Assembly (NCBI GenBank): GCA_039714275.1
Contig: JBDLJO010000003.1
Location: 1-35,913, forward strand
Source: Chloroflexota bacterium
GTDB taxonomy: Bacteria; Chloroflexota; Anaerolineae; Anaerolineales; UBA11858
Direction of reading: 5' to 3'
DNA length: 35,913 nt
In this document: one piece after another, positions 1-8,821 of the stretch
How the letters are laid out: every line of letters starts with the position of its first letter
Position numbering within the stretch: position 1 is the first letter of the stretch
Translations under genes and position numbers: made by a program
Notes under the pieces: model-generated
Seen by the model: the letters and a program-made list of their open reading frames with translations, nothing else
Databases searched by the model: none
Told to the model about the DNA's origin: nothing

Positions 1-204
1 CAGTGGTCTGACAATATAAACCAAACTGGTCACGAAAATTGGCAGTCGGAGTGGGAAGTTTTAGAATGGGATTTAAACAAAATTTCGGATGAGCTCGATT
101 TTTCCGAAGTAGTAAAGCTCAAAAAAGTCGATAAAACTGCCTGGGCAACCGGGCAGCGAGTACTCTATGTACCTACATTTTATGCAGTGGGAAAAGTTAG
201 ATGA
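1..204 (+). CDS. 3' end of a truncated CDS, possibly a class I SAM-dependent methyltransferase
   Basis: Frame 1 is open from base 1 to TGA at 202-204 (QWSDNINQTGHENWQSEWEVLEWDL...GQRVLYVPTFYAVGKVR*). Absent from the ORF track because it has no start. The product is a guess from the C-terminal strand pattern only. Confidence 0.5.
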   Translation, partial: QWSDNINQTGHENWQSEWEVLEWDLNKISDELDFSEVVKLKKVDKTAWATGQRVLYVPTFYAVGKVR

Positions 205-280
205 TGTAACTAAAATTGGGGCAAAATTAATTTGGAGGTGCTGCCAAAATCATACTCAGCTAAAAAGCTGTGCTAATAAG

Positions 281-628
281 TTAATCTTTTGGTAAGCCAA
301 CCTCAATTTGATCATTTCGAACCTGGACCGGATAAGCGGGAATGTCTTCAACGGCAGGTAGAGTTAATGCTGCACCGGTGCGTAAATCAAAACGAGCGCC
401 ATGCCGCGGGCAAATAATAACATGACCATCTAATGTGCCGTCATCCAAGGGTTCTTGATCATGACTGCAAAGGTCGGCGATGGCATAATAATCCCCTGCA
501 ATATTAAATACGATCACGTCAAGATCTCCAATTTCGAGATATAAACGTTCCCCGTTAGGCAGTTCATCTAACGAGGCAACAGCAATAAAATCGCAGTTCT
601 CGGAATCAAGTTCTTTATAGTTCATCAT
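281..628 (-). CDS. Rieske [2Fe-2S] ferredoxin (dioxygenase ferredoxin-subunit-like), last gene of suf operon
   Basis: CSH...CPRHGARFDLRTG Rieske motif; ATGA overlap with the sufU stop. Confidence 0.93.
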   Translation of the reverse strand: MMNYKELDSENCDFIAVASLDELPNGERLYLEIGDLDVIVFNIAGDYYAIADLCSHDQEPLDDGTLDGHVIICPRHGARFDLRTGAALTLPAVEDIPAYPVQVRNDQIEVGLPKD

Positions 629-1020
629 GCCACCAAATCATCGCTGGCTTCGCCAAGTCCATATACACCAGCTTTTAATACCTTCAGCGAGAGCAAAGCA
701 CACTTCAGGCGTACGGGGCCCAAATCTATACCCAGGAGTTCAAGTAAATCATCTTTGGTGAGTGCCTTCACTTCTTCCAGGGTTTTACCTTGGATGTGCT
801 CCAACAACAGGTCTGCAGAGGCCAGTGAAATTGAACAACCCTGACCGCTAAAAACAGCCTCGGTGACGATATCATGCTCATCGAGACGCAAATCCACACG
901 GATATGATCGCCGCAATATGGGTTATCATCTTCAAAGCTAATATCGGCAGGGTCAAGTTCGCCTTTATGCTGGGGATTCTTATAACGTTCAATAATCTGT
1001 TCGCGGAAGAGATCGTCCAT
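625..1020 (-). CDS. sufU: SufU/IscU-family Fe-S scaffold / sulfur-transfer protein
   Basis: NPYCGD, GQGCSISLASA and RLKCALL carry the three conserved Cys; directly follows sufS. Confidence 0.92.
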   Translation of the reverse strand: MDDLFREQIIERYKNPQHKGELDPADISFEDDNPYCGDHIRVDLRLDEHDIVTEAVFSGQGCSISLASADLLLEHIQGKTLEEVKALTKDDLLELLGIDLGPVRLKCALLSLKVLKAGVYGLGEASDDLVA

Positions 1021-2261
1021 TAGGCAAAGATTTCCTTTACTCGATAAATACCATCAACCAACTGGTCAACTTCTTCAAGGGTATTATATAAATAGAAACT
1101 GGCCCGAGCGGTAGCAGGGATTTGATATTTCGTATGCAGCGGCATGGCACAGTGGTGACCGGCACGCACAGCAATCCCAACTTCATCTAACATTTGGGAA
1201 ATATCGTGAGCATGGATGCCGGATAAGGTAAATGAAGCTACTGCACCCTTGTACTTGGCAGCCGGCCCAAAAATCGTGACGCCAGGAATTTCTTCCAAAC
1301 GGTCCAATAAATATGCCCCGATCACCTGCTCGTGCTGCTCAACATTTTCCATACCAAGGGCAGCAAGATAATCTACTGCCGCACCAAACCCAATCGCCTC
1401 AGCAATTGCGGGAGTACCTGCTTCAAATTTAAAGGGAAGCTCATTAACAGTAAACGAGCGTAATTCCACTCGCTTAATCATATCGCCACCACCCAAGAAA
1501 GGCGGCATCGATTCTAGTAAGGATTGGCGACCATATAAAATGCCAATCCCATTTGGGCCACACATTTTATGACCAGAGAAAGCCAGAAAATCGGCATCCA
1601 AGGCTTGAACATTTACAGGGATATGGGGGACAGACTGCGCAGCATCAACTAAGGCCAGGGCACCAGCTTCATGAGCCATTCGAATTATCTCAGCCGCAGG
1701 TGTGATCGTCCCCAGGACATTCGACATTTGTGTGAAAGCCACCAATTTTGGGTCCAGCTTTAATAATTGATCATAAACATCGAGATCCAAAAGTCCATCA
1801 GGTGTTGTTGGGATGAATTCTAAACGTAAATCCATCTCTGCCGCTAATATTTGCCAGGGCACCAAATTAGCGTGATGTTCCATCTCGGTCAGGATAATGA
1901 GGTCATCTTTTTCGAGATTGGCTCTACCCCATGTTTGGGCCACAAGGTTGATCGATTCTGTGGTATTGCGAGTAAATATAATTTGTCGATGGGAGGGCGC
2001 ACCAATAAAAGCGGCTATGCGAGCCCGAGCCGCCTCATAAGCTGCAGTAGATTCCTCGGCTAAGGCATGAATTCCACGATGGATGTTAGCATTTGACTGC
2101 CTGTAGTACTGATTCATCGCTTCAATCACCTGGCGCGGCTTTTGACTGGTAGCAGTAGAATCTAAATAAACTAAAGGCACGCCAGGACGTACTTCCCGCT
2201 CTAAAATCGGGAAATCCGCTCTAATTTTTAGCAGATCAAGAGAGGATGTTTTTTGTTTCAT
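1020..2261 (-). CDS. sufS: Cysteine desulfurase SufS (group II)
   Basis: YLDSTATSQKP, FSGHKM (PLP Lys), VRAGHHCA (catalytic Cys). Start moved to ATG 2261, which has AGGA upstream; the longer ORF start lies inside a hairpin. Confidence 0.96.
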   Translation of the reverse strand: MKQKTSSLDLLKIRADFPILEREVRPGVPLVYLDSTATSQKPRQVIEAMNQYYRQSNANIHRGIHALAEESTAAYEAARARIAAFIGAPSHRQIIFTRNTTESINLVAQTWGRANLEKDDLIILTEMEHHANLVPWQILAAEMDLRLEFIPTTPDGLLDLDVYDQLLKLDPKLVAFTQMSNVLGTITPAAEIIRMAHEAGALALVDAAQSVPHIPVNVQALDADFLAFSGHKMCGPNGIGILYGRQSLLESMPPFLGGGDMIKRVELRSFTVNELPFKFEAGTPAIAEAIGFGAAVDYLAALGMENVEQHEQVIGAYLLDRLEEIPGVTIFGPAAKYKGAVASFTLSGIHAHDISQMLDEVGIAVRAGHHCAMPLHTKYQIPATARASFYLYNTLEEVDQLVDGIYRVKEIFA

Positions 2262-2275
2262 TGATATCCTAGACC

Positions 2276-2311
2276 AAGAATGTGGCTTTATCTTACTCAA
2301 GCCACATTCTT
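2276..2311. terminator. 13-bp perfect hairpin between the small ORF and sufS
   Basis: AAGAATGTGGCTT (2276-2288), 10 nt loop, AAGCCACATTCTT (2299-2311). The U-tract on the transcribed (-) strand is weak. Confidence 0.5.
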
Positions 2312-2328
2312 TATATTACAGTATTAGA

Positions 2329-2601
2329 TTAGCGACGCCGCTTCTTTGGACGTCGGATGTTTGCTGATGCTTTGGGACACCAGAGCACGTGGTCTGGCAC
2401 CATCCATCCGTTGGTTAAATAAACATTTCTATGAAATTGAACTGCAACTAATTTTGCATCGACCTGGACAACAACACCATCCAGCCAATCACGCACACGT
2501 TCTTCGTGTTCATTTTCATGGTCACAGTTGACTTCAACAACATCACCAACTTTATATTCCCGTTTTAATTCGGGAGGGGATGTAAAGGGAAGACTTGCCA
2601 A
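2329..2601 (-). CDS. Hypothetical 90-aa protein, SH3/Tudor/KOW-like beta-barrel pattern, basic C-terminal tail
   Basis: TTG start with GGAGG about 5 nt upstream; YKVGDVVEV...WLDGVVVQVD..LVAVQF pattern; ends RRPKKRRR. Confidence 0.75.
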   Translation of the reverse strand: MASLPFTSPPELKREYKVGDVVEVNCDHENEHEERVRDWLDGVVVQVDAKLVAVQFHRNVYLTNGWMVPDHVLWCPKASANIRRPKKRRR

Positions 2602-2740
2602 TTCGACCTCCGTAAAACCTTTATATACTTTTTATCGAGTGCTTTTTTTACAGATTCCAGGGTATTGAGTAGGATATCCGACGATAAGGATTCTTAAAAA
2701 AAGCTCAAATTAATAATAGCGAATTATACGCTAAAAAATG

Positions 2741-4081
2741 CTACCGCGCCGCCATCTTTTTCGTGATTGCATCCTGGAAACGGGTCCGAACGCCCTCAAA
2801 GGGAATGCGCGCCATAATCGGATCAAAGAATCCCTCAACAATGATGCGCTCGGCCTCTTTTTTGGAAATGCCTCGGCTGCGCAAATAAAATATCAATTCC
2901 GGGTCAATCTTGCCAATCGTTGCTGCGTGTGTACAGCGCACATCATCAGCAAGAATCTCTAATCCGGGGATCGCATCCGCACGAGCATCATTGCTCAAGA
3001 CCAGGTTGCGGTTGGCTTGAAAGCCATCGGTTTGCTGAGCCTTGGGATCAACAAAGATCATGCCCTGCCAAACGGAACGACTGTCCTCAGATAAAGCACC
3101 TTTAAAAAGCAAATCGCTGGTGGTGTGATCAGCCATATGATTTTGTTGGGTATCATGATCCAAATGTTGCTTTCCATCTGTAAAATAGAAACCGGATACA
3201 CGCCCGTAAGCGCCGCTGCCTACCAAATCGAGATCAGTGAAGTTTTTGGTCAGCTGTGTTCCAATAGCGCCAAAAATCCAATCGAGATGCCCATCTTTTT
3301 CAACGCGGGCTCGTTCGTGTGTAAAGTTCCAAACATTATCACCCAACGATTGCAATTCAACAAAGCGTAAATTAGCATTTTTCCCAACATGAATCTCAAC
3401 AATGCCGTTATGCAAGGTTTGCCCACCGACACCATCTGGAGATGCGGTTTCATGCACGTAGGTCAATGAAGCACCATCTTCCAACCAAATAATAAGGTGA
3501 GAGAAATACGCTAATTCTTGACCCGCACCCCAAAGCACACTATGAAGCGGACGCTCGACCTGTACGCCGCGCGGCACATAGACAAAAACACCATTTTCAG
3601 TCAACGCGCCAGCCAGGGCTGCAAATTTACCCTCGGAAACCTTGACCACTTGACCTAAGGCCTGGCTAACTTGATCGGGGTAGGTTTGTGAAGCGGTTGC
3701 GAGGTCAGTAAAAATCACACCCTGATCCGCGAGATCAGCATCCAATGATTTTTTCATCCCATCTGGTAGGAGAGTAATTTGTCCTCCAGGATGATCATCT
3801 GTTAGAGGCTGCAGCAAATAATCTGGAATCGCTGGAAGGTCATTTGCATCGCCATCATTGGGAATGCGAAAGTTATTTTTAAGTCCGCGTAAATCCGTTC
3901 GACGCCAGGGCTCATCTTTGGTTGTGGGGTAAGGCAATTGTTCAAATGCCTTCCAGGCCTGGGCGCGGTAATCTGCCAAAACGCGACTGCCGTTAGAATC
4001 CGGAATCATTTCACCGGTGAAGGAAAACCCTTCAAATTTTTGCCTTGCTCTTGATTTTCGTTTTACTACTTTTGTGGTCAT
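2741..4081 (-). CDS. sufD: Fe-S cluster assembly protein SufD
   Basis: EPWRRTDL, PGLEILADDVRCTHAATIG, FYLRSRGI; follows sufB. Confidence 0.95.
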   Translation of the reverse strand: MTTKVVKRKSRARQKFEGFSFTGEMIPDSNGSRVLADYRAQAWKAFEQLPYPTTKDEPWRRTDLRGLKNNFRIPNDGDANDLPAIPDYLLQPLTDDHPGGQITLLPDGMKKSLDADLADQGVIFTDLATASQTYPDQVSQALGQVVKVSEGKFAALAGALTENGVFVYVPRGVQVERPLHSVLWGAGQELAYFSHLIIWLEDGASLTYVHETASPDGVGGQTLHNGIVEIHVGKNANLRFVELQSLGDNVWNFTHERARVEKDGHLDWIFGAIGTQLTKNFTDLDLVGSGAYGRVSGFYFTDGKQHLDHDTQQNHMADHTTSDLLFKGALSEDSRSVWQGMIFVDPKAQQTDGFQANRNLVLSNDARADAIPGLEILADDVRCTHAATIGKIDPELIFYLRSRGISKKEAERIIVEGFFDPIMARIPFEGVRTRFQDAITKKMAAR

Positions 4082-4083
4082 GA

Positions 4084-5493
4084 TTAACCTATCGACCCTT
4101 CCATCTGTAACTGAATCAGACGGTTCATTTCAATTGCATATTCCATTGGCAATTCTTTAACCAGCGGTTCAATAAAGCCGGAAACAATCATTGAGGTGGC
4201 TTCCTCTTCACTGAGACCGCGGCTCTTGAGATAGAAAAGTTGCTCTTCTCCTACTTTGGATACGGACGCCTCGTGTCCAATATCAACATCCTGATCGTCA
4301 ATTTCGATATAAGGATAAGTGTCTGAGCGAGAAGCTTCATCGAGTAAAAGGGCATCACAAACTACATTAGAGCGCACGTCCCCCTTTTCTTTATGAACCT
4401 TCAACAAACCACGATAAGAGGCGCGGCCGCCATCTTTACTGATTGATTTAGATACAATTTTGCTGCTCGTGTGCGGTGCAAAATGAATGATCTTGCCACC
4501 CGTGTCTTGATGTTGTCCTTTACCAGCAAAGGCCATTGAGAGAATTTCACCATGCGCCCCAGGTCCCATCAGATAACAGGAAGGGTATTTCATGGTCAAT
4601 TTTGAACCTAAATTTGCGTCAACCCACTCCATTGTGCCGCCCTCAGCTACTATTGCCCGCTGGGTTACTAAGTTATAAACATTATGAGACCAGTTTTGAA
4701 TAGTCGAGTAACGCACACGGGCATTCTTTTTGACAATGATCTCAATCACACCGCTGTGAAGTGAATCGGTAGTATAGGAAGGGGCAGTGCAGCCTTCAAC
4801 ATAATGAATTTGCGAGCCTTCATCGGCGATGATCAGCGTGCGTTCAAACTGCCCGATATTAGCTACATTGAGCCGGAAATAGGCTTGCAAAGGCAAATCG
4901 ATTTTCACGCCAGGGGGTACATAAACGAAAGAACCACCTGACCAGGCCGCGCTGTTCAGGGCTGCCAGTTTATTATCTTCAATGGGTACGACTGTGCCAA
5001 AATACTCACGGAAGAGCTCGGGATGTTTGCGCAGTCCATCTTCAATACTTACGAAAATTACGCCCTGCTCTTCAAGATGCTCCAAGATATTATGATAAAC
5101 CATCTCGGATTCGTATTGGGCACCTACACCGGCCAGGAATTTTTGCTCTGCTTCCGGGATGCCTAATTTATCAAAAGTATTTTTAATCGCATCCGGAATA
5201 TCATCCCAGGTCTGTCCCTCTCCATCTGTAGGTTTAACATAATAATAGATATCATCAAAATCGAGCGCTTCCAGATCGCCGCCCCAGTTGGGCATTTCGC
5301 GCTGCTGATAATGGGTTAAGGCTTTGAGACGAAAGTCCAACATCCATTCAGGTTCCCCTTTCATTTCAGAAATTTGTTTAACAATTTCCTCATCTAAGCC
5401 TTTGCGAGCTTTGAAAACATACGTCTCTGGGTCGCTAAAACCCCATTTATACTCGCCAACACCGTCCAGAATCTTAGCATCTGATGTGGTCAT
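4084..5493 (-). CDS. sufB: Fe-S cluster assembly protein SufB
   Basis: [48 protein letters not shown]; normal length, no intein. Confidence 0.97.
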   Translation of the reverse strand: MTTSDAKILDGVGEYKWGFSDPETYVFKARKGLDEEIVKQISEMKGEPEWMLDFRLKALTHYQQREMPNWGGDLEALDFDDIYYYVKPTDGEGQTWDDIPDAIKNTFDKLGIPEAEQKFLAGVGAQYESEMVYHNILEHLEEQGVIFVSIEDGLRKHPELFREYFGTVVPIEDNKLAALNSAAWSGGSFVYVPPGVKIDLPLQAYFRLNVANIGQFERTLIIADEGSQIHYVEGCTAPSYTTDSLHSGVIEIIVKKNARVRYSTIQNWSHNVYNLVTQRAIVAEGGTMEWVDANLGSKLTMKYPSCYLMGPGAHGEILSMAFAGKGQHQDTGGKIIHFAPHTSSKIVSKSISKDGGRASYRGLLKVHKEKGDVRSNVVCDALLLDEASRSDTYPYIEIDDQDVDIGHEASVSKVGEEQLFYLKSRGLSEEEATSMIVSGFIEPLVKELPMEYAIEMNRLIQLQMEGSIG

Positions 5494-5549
5494 ACTCTAC
5501 TCCAAGAAACACACTATCATTTAGATAGGTGAAATATTTATATCTCAAA

Positions 5550-6323
5550 TTAAACAGCATCGGCCGCGTATTTCTCGCGCACCCAATCATAGCCTTGCTC
5601 TTCAAGCACCAATGCTAAATCAGGGCCGCCGGATTCAACGATACGTCCATTTAACATGATGTGCACAAAATCGGGTTTGACATAATTTAGTATTCGCTGA
5701 TAGTGGGTAATGACAACAGCTGAAAAATCAGGACCCCGTAATGCATTAACCCCTTCAGCGACAATACGCAGAGCATCAATATCAAGTCCAGAGTCAGTTT
5801 CATCTAGGATTGCTACCTGCGGTTCTAATGTCGCCATTTGCAATACTTCGGCTCGTTTCTTCTCACCGCCAGAAAAACCTTCATTGAGGTAGCGTCCGGC
5901 AAAAACATGATCCATCTTAAGTAAATCCATTTTCTCTTTAAGTTTCTTGCGAAAAGCAGGAATCGGGATTCCTTTACTCTCAGGATTTTGGGCTTTTTCA
6001 CGGGCGTTTAATGCTGTACGCAAGAAATTCGCTACCGTAACCCCGGGGACTGCAACTGGGTATTGGAAAGCCAAAAATACGCCTAAATGGGCTCGTTCTT
6101 CTGGCTCTAATTCCAATATATTCTGGCCGTTAAACATCGCCTCCCCACCATTAATATCATATGTTGGGTGACCCATTAAAGCATATGCCAGGGTAGATTT
6201 TCCGGTTCCATTGGGACCCATAATGGCATGTATCTCCCCTGGGCGTACAGTGAGATCAAGTCCGCGTAAAATATGATTACCTTCTACGCTCACTTGTAAA
6301 TTTTTAATCGCTAACTCGGACAT
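5550..6323 (-). CDS. sufC: Fe-S cluster assembly ABC ATPase SufC
   Basis: GPNGTGKST Walker A, FSGGEKKR, LDETDSGLDIDAL, ITHYQRIL; AAGGAG RBS. Confidence 0.97.
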   Translation of the reverse strand: MSELAIKNLQVSVEGNHILRGLDLTVRPGEIHAIMGPNGTGKSTLAYALMGHPTYDINGGEAMFNGQNILELEPEERAHLGVFLAFQYPVAVPGVTVANFLRTALNAREKAQNPESKGIPIPAFRKKLKEKMDLLKMDHVFAGRYLNEGFSGGEKKRAEVLQMATLEPQVAILDETDSGLDIDALRIVAEGVNALRGPDFSAVVITHYQRILNYVKPDFVHIMLNGRIVESGGPDLALVLEEQGYDWVREKYAADAV

Positions 6324-6406
6324 CAGAGTAACTCCTTCTTGATGAAATTACGCACCAAAAATAATTTCATTTTTATATGCAATGTCTACTAAATTGAACG
6401 CCCGGC

Positions 6407-6435
6407 ATTATAGCAAGAAAGGTGGATTTCGTCAA
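6407..6435 (-). promoter_or_regulatory. Sigma70-type promoter of the suf operon
   Basis: Minus strand TTGACG (6435-6430), 17 nt spacer, TATAAT (6412-6407). Confidence 0.8.
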
Positions 6436-6462
6436 TATTTTATATATTTTTCATATATATTA

Positions 6463-6491
6463 TTGACATGATTTTTCGCGGATGGTATACT
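6463..6491 (+). promoter_or_regulatory. Sigma70-type promoter of sufR-sufT
   Basis: TTGACA (6463-6468), 17 nt spacer, TATACT (6486-6491) with extended TG. Confidence 0.8.
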
Positions 6492-6527
6492 GGCAGCATT
6501 ACCCAGGAAATAAATCAGGGTTCATTT

Positions 6528-7175
6528 ATGAGCAGTACTCGCGAAAAAGTTCAAAAAATACTCCTATCCCATCAACGCAGCACTATTAACGAATTGGCTG
6601 AAGCTGTTGGAATCAGCCCTATCTCAGTGCGTCACCACATCAATAAGCTTGAAGCCCTGGGTTTTGTAAGCTCTGAAGAGGAAAGGCATGGCGTTGGACG
6701 ACCGCGCAATGTTTATTTCCTCACAGAGAAAGGCCTTGAACAATTCCCTACTCGCTATTTGCGGTTAACAATACGGTTGCTGCAGCAGCTTAAGGAGACT
6801 CTACCTGAAAAAATGGTGGGGGAACTTTTTTCACAAATGGCCGGGGATATTGCCACAGATTTCGCATCTGAACTTGATCTTGATGAACTCTCGATAGAGA
6901 AGCGTCTTGATATTACAAGGGATTTGCTGAACGCAGAGGGCTTCACAATGGAGTGGGAAACCAAAGATGACGGTTACCACATCCACGAAGTAAATTGTCC
7001 ATACCATCATGTGGGGCAATCGCATCCCGAAGTGTGCGCAGTAGATGAAACCCTGATCTCAACCTTATTATCCGTCCCCGTCGAAAAAGTTAAATGTATC
7101 CTGGATGGGGATTCATTCTGCACATACGTTGTGCAAAACCTTAAAAATGAAGATGAAGAAAGGTTAGAAGCATGA
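6528..7175 (+). CDS. sufR: SufR-like Fe-S-sensing wHTH transcriptional regulator
   Basis: N-terminal HTH (TINELAEAVGISPISVRHHINKL...GVGRP..YFLT) and C-terminal C-X12-C-X19-C-X7-C; divergent from sufC. Start set to ATG 6528 because 6468 lies within the promoter. Confidence 0.85.
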   Translation: MSSTREKVQKILLSHQRSTINELAEAVGISPISVRHHINKLEALGFVSSEEERHGVGRPRNVYFLTEKGLEQFPTRYLRLTIRLLQQLKETLPEKMVGELFSQMAGDIATDFASELDLDELSIEKRLDITRDLLNAEGFTMEWETKDDGYHIHEVNCPYHHVGQSHPEVCAVDETLISTLLSVPVEKVKCILDGDSFCTYVVQNLKNEDEERLEA

Positions 7176-7519
7176 GCATTGTCCGCCCTCGCCCGGTTTG
7201 GAAAGTAACCCAAACACACCCCGAATTAGTAAGTCCACTTGACGAAGCATTTCGTCAAGTGATGGATCCAGAACTTGGTCTAAATATCATGGAGATTGGT
7301 CTTATTCGAGATGTTTCCATTGATAATGAAAATAACAGCTGCCATGTAATTATGATTATGACGACCCCCTTTTGCCCCTATGCTCCAGCACTACTTGAAA
7401 GTGCGCGCTCAAAAGCAGAGGGCGTGAGCGAAAAAGAAACCACCATTGAAATGGGTATGGAGCCTTGGGATCCCACTTATATGGAAGATGGGGTTGGCGC
7501 TGATTGGGGTTTATTCTAA
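7172..7519 (+). CDS. sufT: DUF59 / SufT (PaaD-like) metal-sulfur cluster assembly factor
   Basis: DPELGLNIMEIGLI...MTTPFCPY...EPW DUF59 motif; ATGA overlap with sufR. Confidence 0.85.
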   Translation: MSIVRPRPVWKVTQTHPELVSPLDEAFRQVMDPELGLNIMEIGLIRDVSIDNENNSCHVIMIMTTPFCPYAPALLESARSKAEGVSEKETTIEMGMEPWDPTYMEDGVGADWGLF

Positions 7520-7553
7520 CCTCAACCAACCAAATCAGGTATTCATAGATTCA

Positions 7554-7584
7554 ATAAAGCCCCTACCCAAAATAGGGGCTTTAT
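7554..7584 (+). terminator. Putative intrinsic terminator after sufT
   Basis: ATAAAGCCCCTA / TAGGGGCTTTAT 12-bp perfect inverted repeat. Confidence 0.7.
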
Positions 7585-7622
7585 GTTATCCTACGCCGTT
7601 GATCTTAAGAAAATTTGAAGAT

Positions 7623-7675
7623 CTTTCCGCTCTTTTTGTGTTCGCGGCATCAAGGGCAATCCCGAGGAAAGGAGG
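7623..7675 (+). promoter_or_regulatory. Putative S6:S18-binding leader RNA of rpsF
   Basis: CTTTCC (7623-28) pairs with GGAAAG (7666-71) next to the SD; GCTCTT pairs with AAGGGC; unpaired CCCG (7661-64) on the 3' side, as in the S6:S18 motif. Confidence 0.65.
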
Positions 7676-7681
7676 TAAAGT

Positions 7682-7969
7682 ATGCGCGATTATGAACTCG
7701 TTTTCATTATTCACCCTGATCTTGATGAAGCTGCAACTAACGAAGCAGTAGAAAAAGTAAAGGGTTGGATTACGGAAGCTGGGGGATCTGTGCTCAAGGT
7801 TGATCCTTGGGGAAAACGCAAGCTAGCGTATCCCATTCGCAAACAGAATAATGGCCAGTATTTCCTATTTGAAATACAAGTCAGCCCTAGTTTTATCACC
7901 GAGCTAGAACGCAATTTACGGTTCTTAGAACCTGTAATGCGTTTCTTAGTGGTAGCTATTAACCAATAA
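7682..7969 (+). CDS. rpsF: 30S ribosomal protein S6
   Basis: MRDYELVFIIHP...WGKRKLAYPIRK; GGAGG RBS. Confidence 0.98.
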   Translation: MRDYELVFIIHPDLDEAATNEAVEKVKGWITEAGGSVLKVDPWGKRKLAYPIRKQNNGQYFLFEIQVSPSFITELERNLRFLEPVMRFLVVAINQ

Positions 7970-7989
7970 TAATATCGTTGGAGGTTGTT

Positions 7990-8382
7990 ATGAGCCGGGG
8001 CTTAAATAAAGTGATGATCATTGGTCACTTAGGACGCGACCCTGAAATGCGTTATACACCTTCAGGCCGCCCAGTTACTACTTTTAGTGTCGCCACCAAT
8101 CGTAGTTGGACTACATCCGATGGCGAGCGGCAAACTGAAACCGAATGGTTCAATATCGTCGCCTGGAGTAAGTTAGCGGAAATTTGCAATCAGTATCTAA
8201 GCAAAGGCCAACAAGTCTACATCGAGGGGCGCTTGCACTCCCGACAATGGGAAGATAACCAAAACGCAAAGCGCACTTCAGTAGAAATTGTAGCAAATGA
8301 AATGATCATGCTCAATGAGCGCCGTGCTGAGCAAGATGATGCTGCTGATGTTGCCCCTGAAGAGGATGAATTTCCCTTCTAG
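7990..8382 (+). CDS. ssb: Single-stranded DNA-binding protein
   Basis: LNKVMIIGHLGRDPEMRYT, TEWFNIVAW, acidic tail EDEFPF; start at ATG 7990 after GGAGG. Confidence 0.98.
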   Translation: MSRGLNKVMIIGHLGRDPEMRYTPSGRPVTTFSVATNRSWTTSDGERQTETEWFNIVAWSKLAEICNQYLSKGQQVYIEGRLHSRQWEDNQNAKRTSVEIVANEMIMLNERRAEQDDAADVAPEEDEFPF

Positions 8383-8447
8383 GTTCCTTCCCAACAACTG
8401 GCTGTATACAACACAACGATAAGATTTTTTAATTTAGGAGTATAAGC

Positions 8448-8696
8448 ATGAATAAAGGTTTTCGACGACGGCGAAAATTTTACCGTCCTCAAAATTGCAA
8501 ATTCTGCGGAGACAAAAGCATCGTTATCGACTATAAGAATAAAGATCTGCTGCGTCAATTCGTATACGGTGATGGCAAAATTCGTCCTCGCCGCCAAACA
8601 GGCACTTGCGCAAAACACCAACGTGCCGTTACGCAAGCCGTTAAACGAGCTCGCCATATAGCGCTGCTGCCCTTTGTTGGTGAAGTTCTGCGCTAA
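8448..8696 (+). CDS. rpsR: 30S ribosomal protein S18 (Zn-binding C+ type)
   Basis: CKFC...IDYK...[17 protein letters not shown]...[11 protein letters not shown]. Confidence 0.98.
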   Translation: MNKGFRRRRKFYRPQNCKFCGDKSIVIDYKNKDLLRQFVYGDGKIRPRRQTGTCAKHQRAVTQAVKRARHIALLPFVGEVLR

Positions 8697-8718
8697 ATTT
8701 TGTCTTAGTAATTAAGTT

Positions 8719-8801
8719 GGGGCATAGTATGATGTTCGTTTTCCACTAAGAGGGCACCAAAACCTTTGAAGTGAATGGACATTACCCTATGCCCCTTTTT
8801 T
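8719..8801 (+). terminator. Long imperfect hairpin followed by T6 after rpsR
   Basis: GGGGCATAG / CTATGCCCC outer stem, extended inner pairing with G-U pairs, then TTTTTT. Confidence 0.55.
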
Positions 8802-8821
8802 ATCAGAAAATTGAGTGAACT

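Noticed and set aside
8719-8801. SRP (4.5S) or 6S RNA identity for the long hairpin
   Set aside because: Lacks the SRP domain IV GNRA tetraloop and internal-loop motif, and is too short for 6S.
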